Below, piece by piece: positions 63,536-64,000 of a DNA stretch of 64,000 nucleotides (its first letter is position 1; every line of letters begins with the position of its first letter). The DNA lies in the NCBI RefSeq assembly GCF_044704955.1, contig NC_091981.1, positions 287,432,001 through 287,496,000 on the forward strand, given 5' to 3'. This stretch comes from Pristiophorus japonicus (Eukaryota). Below the pieces are notes generated by a model. The model had not been told where the DNA came from, made no database searches, and worked only from the letters and a program-made list of their open reading frames with translations. Position numbers and translations under genes: made by a program.

Positions 63536-63809
63536 CAAAAGAAGATAGTCGCCAAGAAATCCAATTGGGAATTCAGAAGAAACTTCTTTACCCAGAGAGT
63601 GATGAGAATGTGGAACTCACTACCACAGGGAGTGGTTGGGGTGAATAGTATTGATGCATTTAAAGGGGAGGCTGGACAAGTATATGAAGGAGAAGGGAAT
63701 GGAGGGTTATGCTGATAGTTAGGTGAGGAAAGACGGGAGGAGGCTGGAGTGCAACATAAACCTGTTGGGCCGAATGGCCTGTCTCTGCGCCGCATATCCG
63801 GTGTAATAG

Positions 63810-64000
63810 CGGGCAAGTCAGGCCGTCACGTGACAGAACACGGAGCCGACCAATAACAAGCCGGACCAATCAAAACCCGAGTGGAACCAGGGCCAATCAA
63901 AGCCCGAGCGGGAGTGGACCAATCAGCGCCCGCCGGGCTGGGCTCCAGCCCCTCCCCCCTCCCTCACTCACTCAGGCCCTGGAGATGCTGCGTTTCCAAG
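63810..64000. promoter_or_regulatory. Edge of another CpG/CCAAT-array promoter
   Basis: gtcacgtgac E-box and four evenly spaced CCAAT boxes, CpG-rich; truncated by the window end. Confidence 0.6.

Overview
Repeat-rich vertebrate genomic DNA, very probably a shark (inferred from the CR1 tails, (CAT)n-tailed RTE LINEs and SacSINE1-like SINEs). Most of the window is decayed CR1, RTE and L2 LINEs, SINEs and MITEs, plus three Gypsy-type LTR elements with recognisable target-site duplications (4295-6602, 6752-11402, 25462-29907). The main signal is a ~15-kb tandem duplication (~32.7-43.7 kb and ~48.2-57.2 kb). Each unit has a CpG-island promoter, non-coding exons and an intact ~600-codon Buster/Charlie-type hAT transposase ORF with a BED finger. 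In both copies the transposon's own ATG is followed by an in-frame TGA at codon 7, but an upstream exon ending in ATG GCA G|gt can splice in frame just past that stop. The catalytic Glu reads Asp in both copies, and paralog differences cluster in the N-terminal DNA-binding region. I infer a duplicated, domesticated transposase gene captured by a host promoter; the splicing is predicted, not shown. Other items: a tandem array of the left TIR, a pol-less gag-only LTR element, internally deleted RTE SINEs, a Penelope-type minimal hammerhead motif and an unidentified spliced minus-strand unit near 21-23 kb. Coordinates of decayed repeats are approximate.
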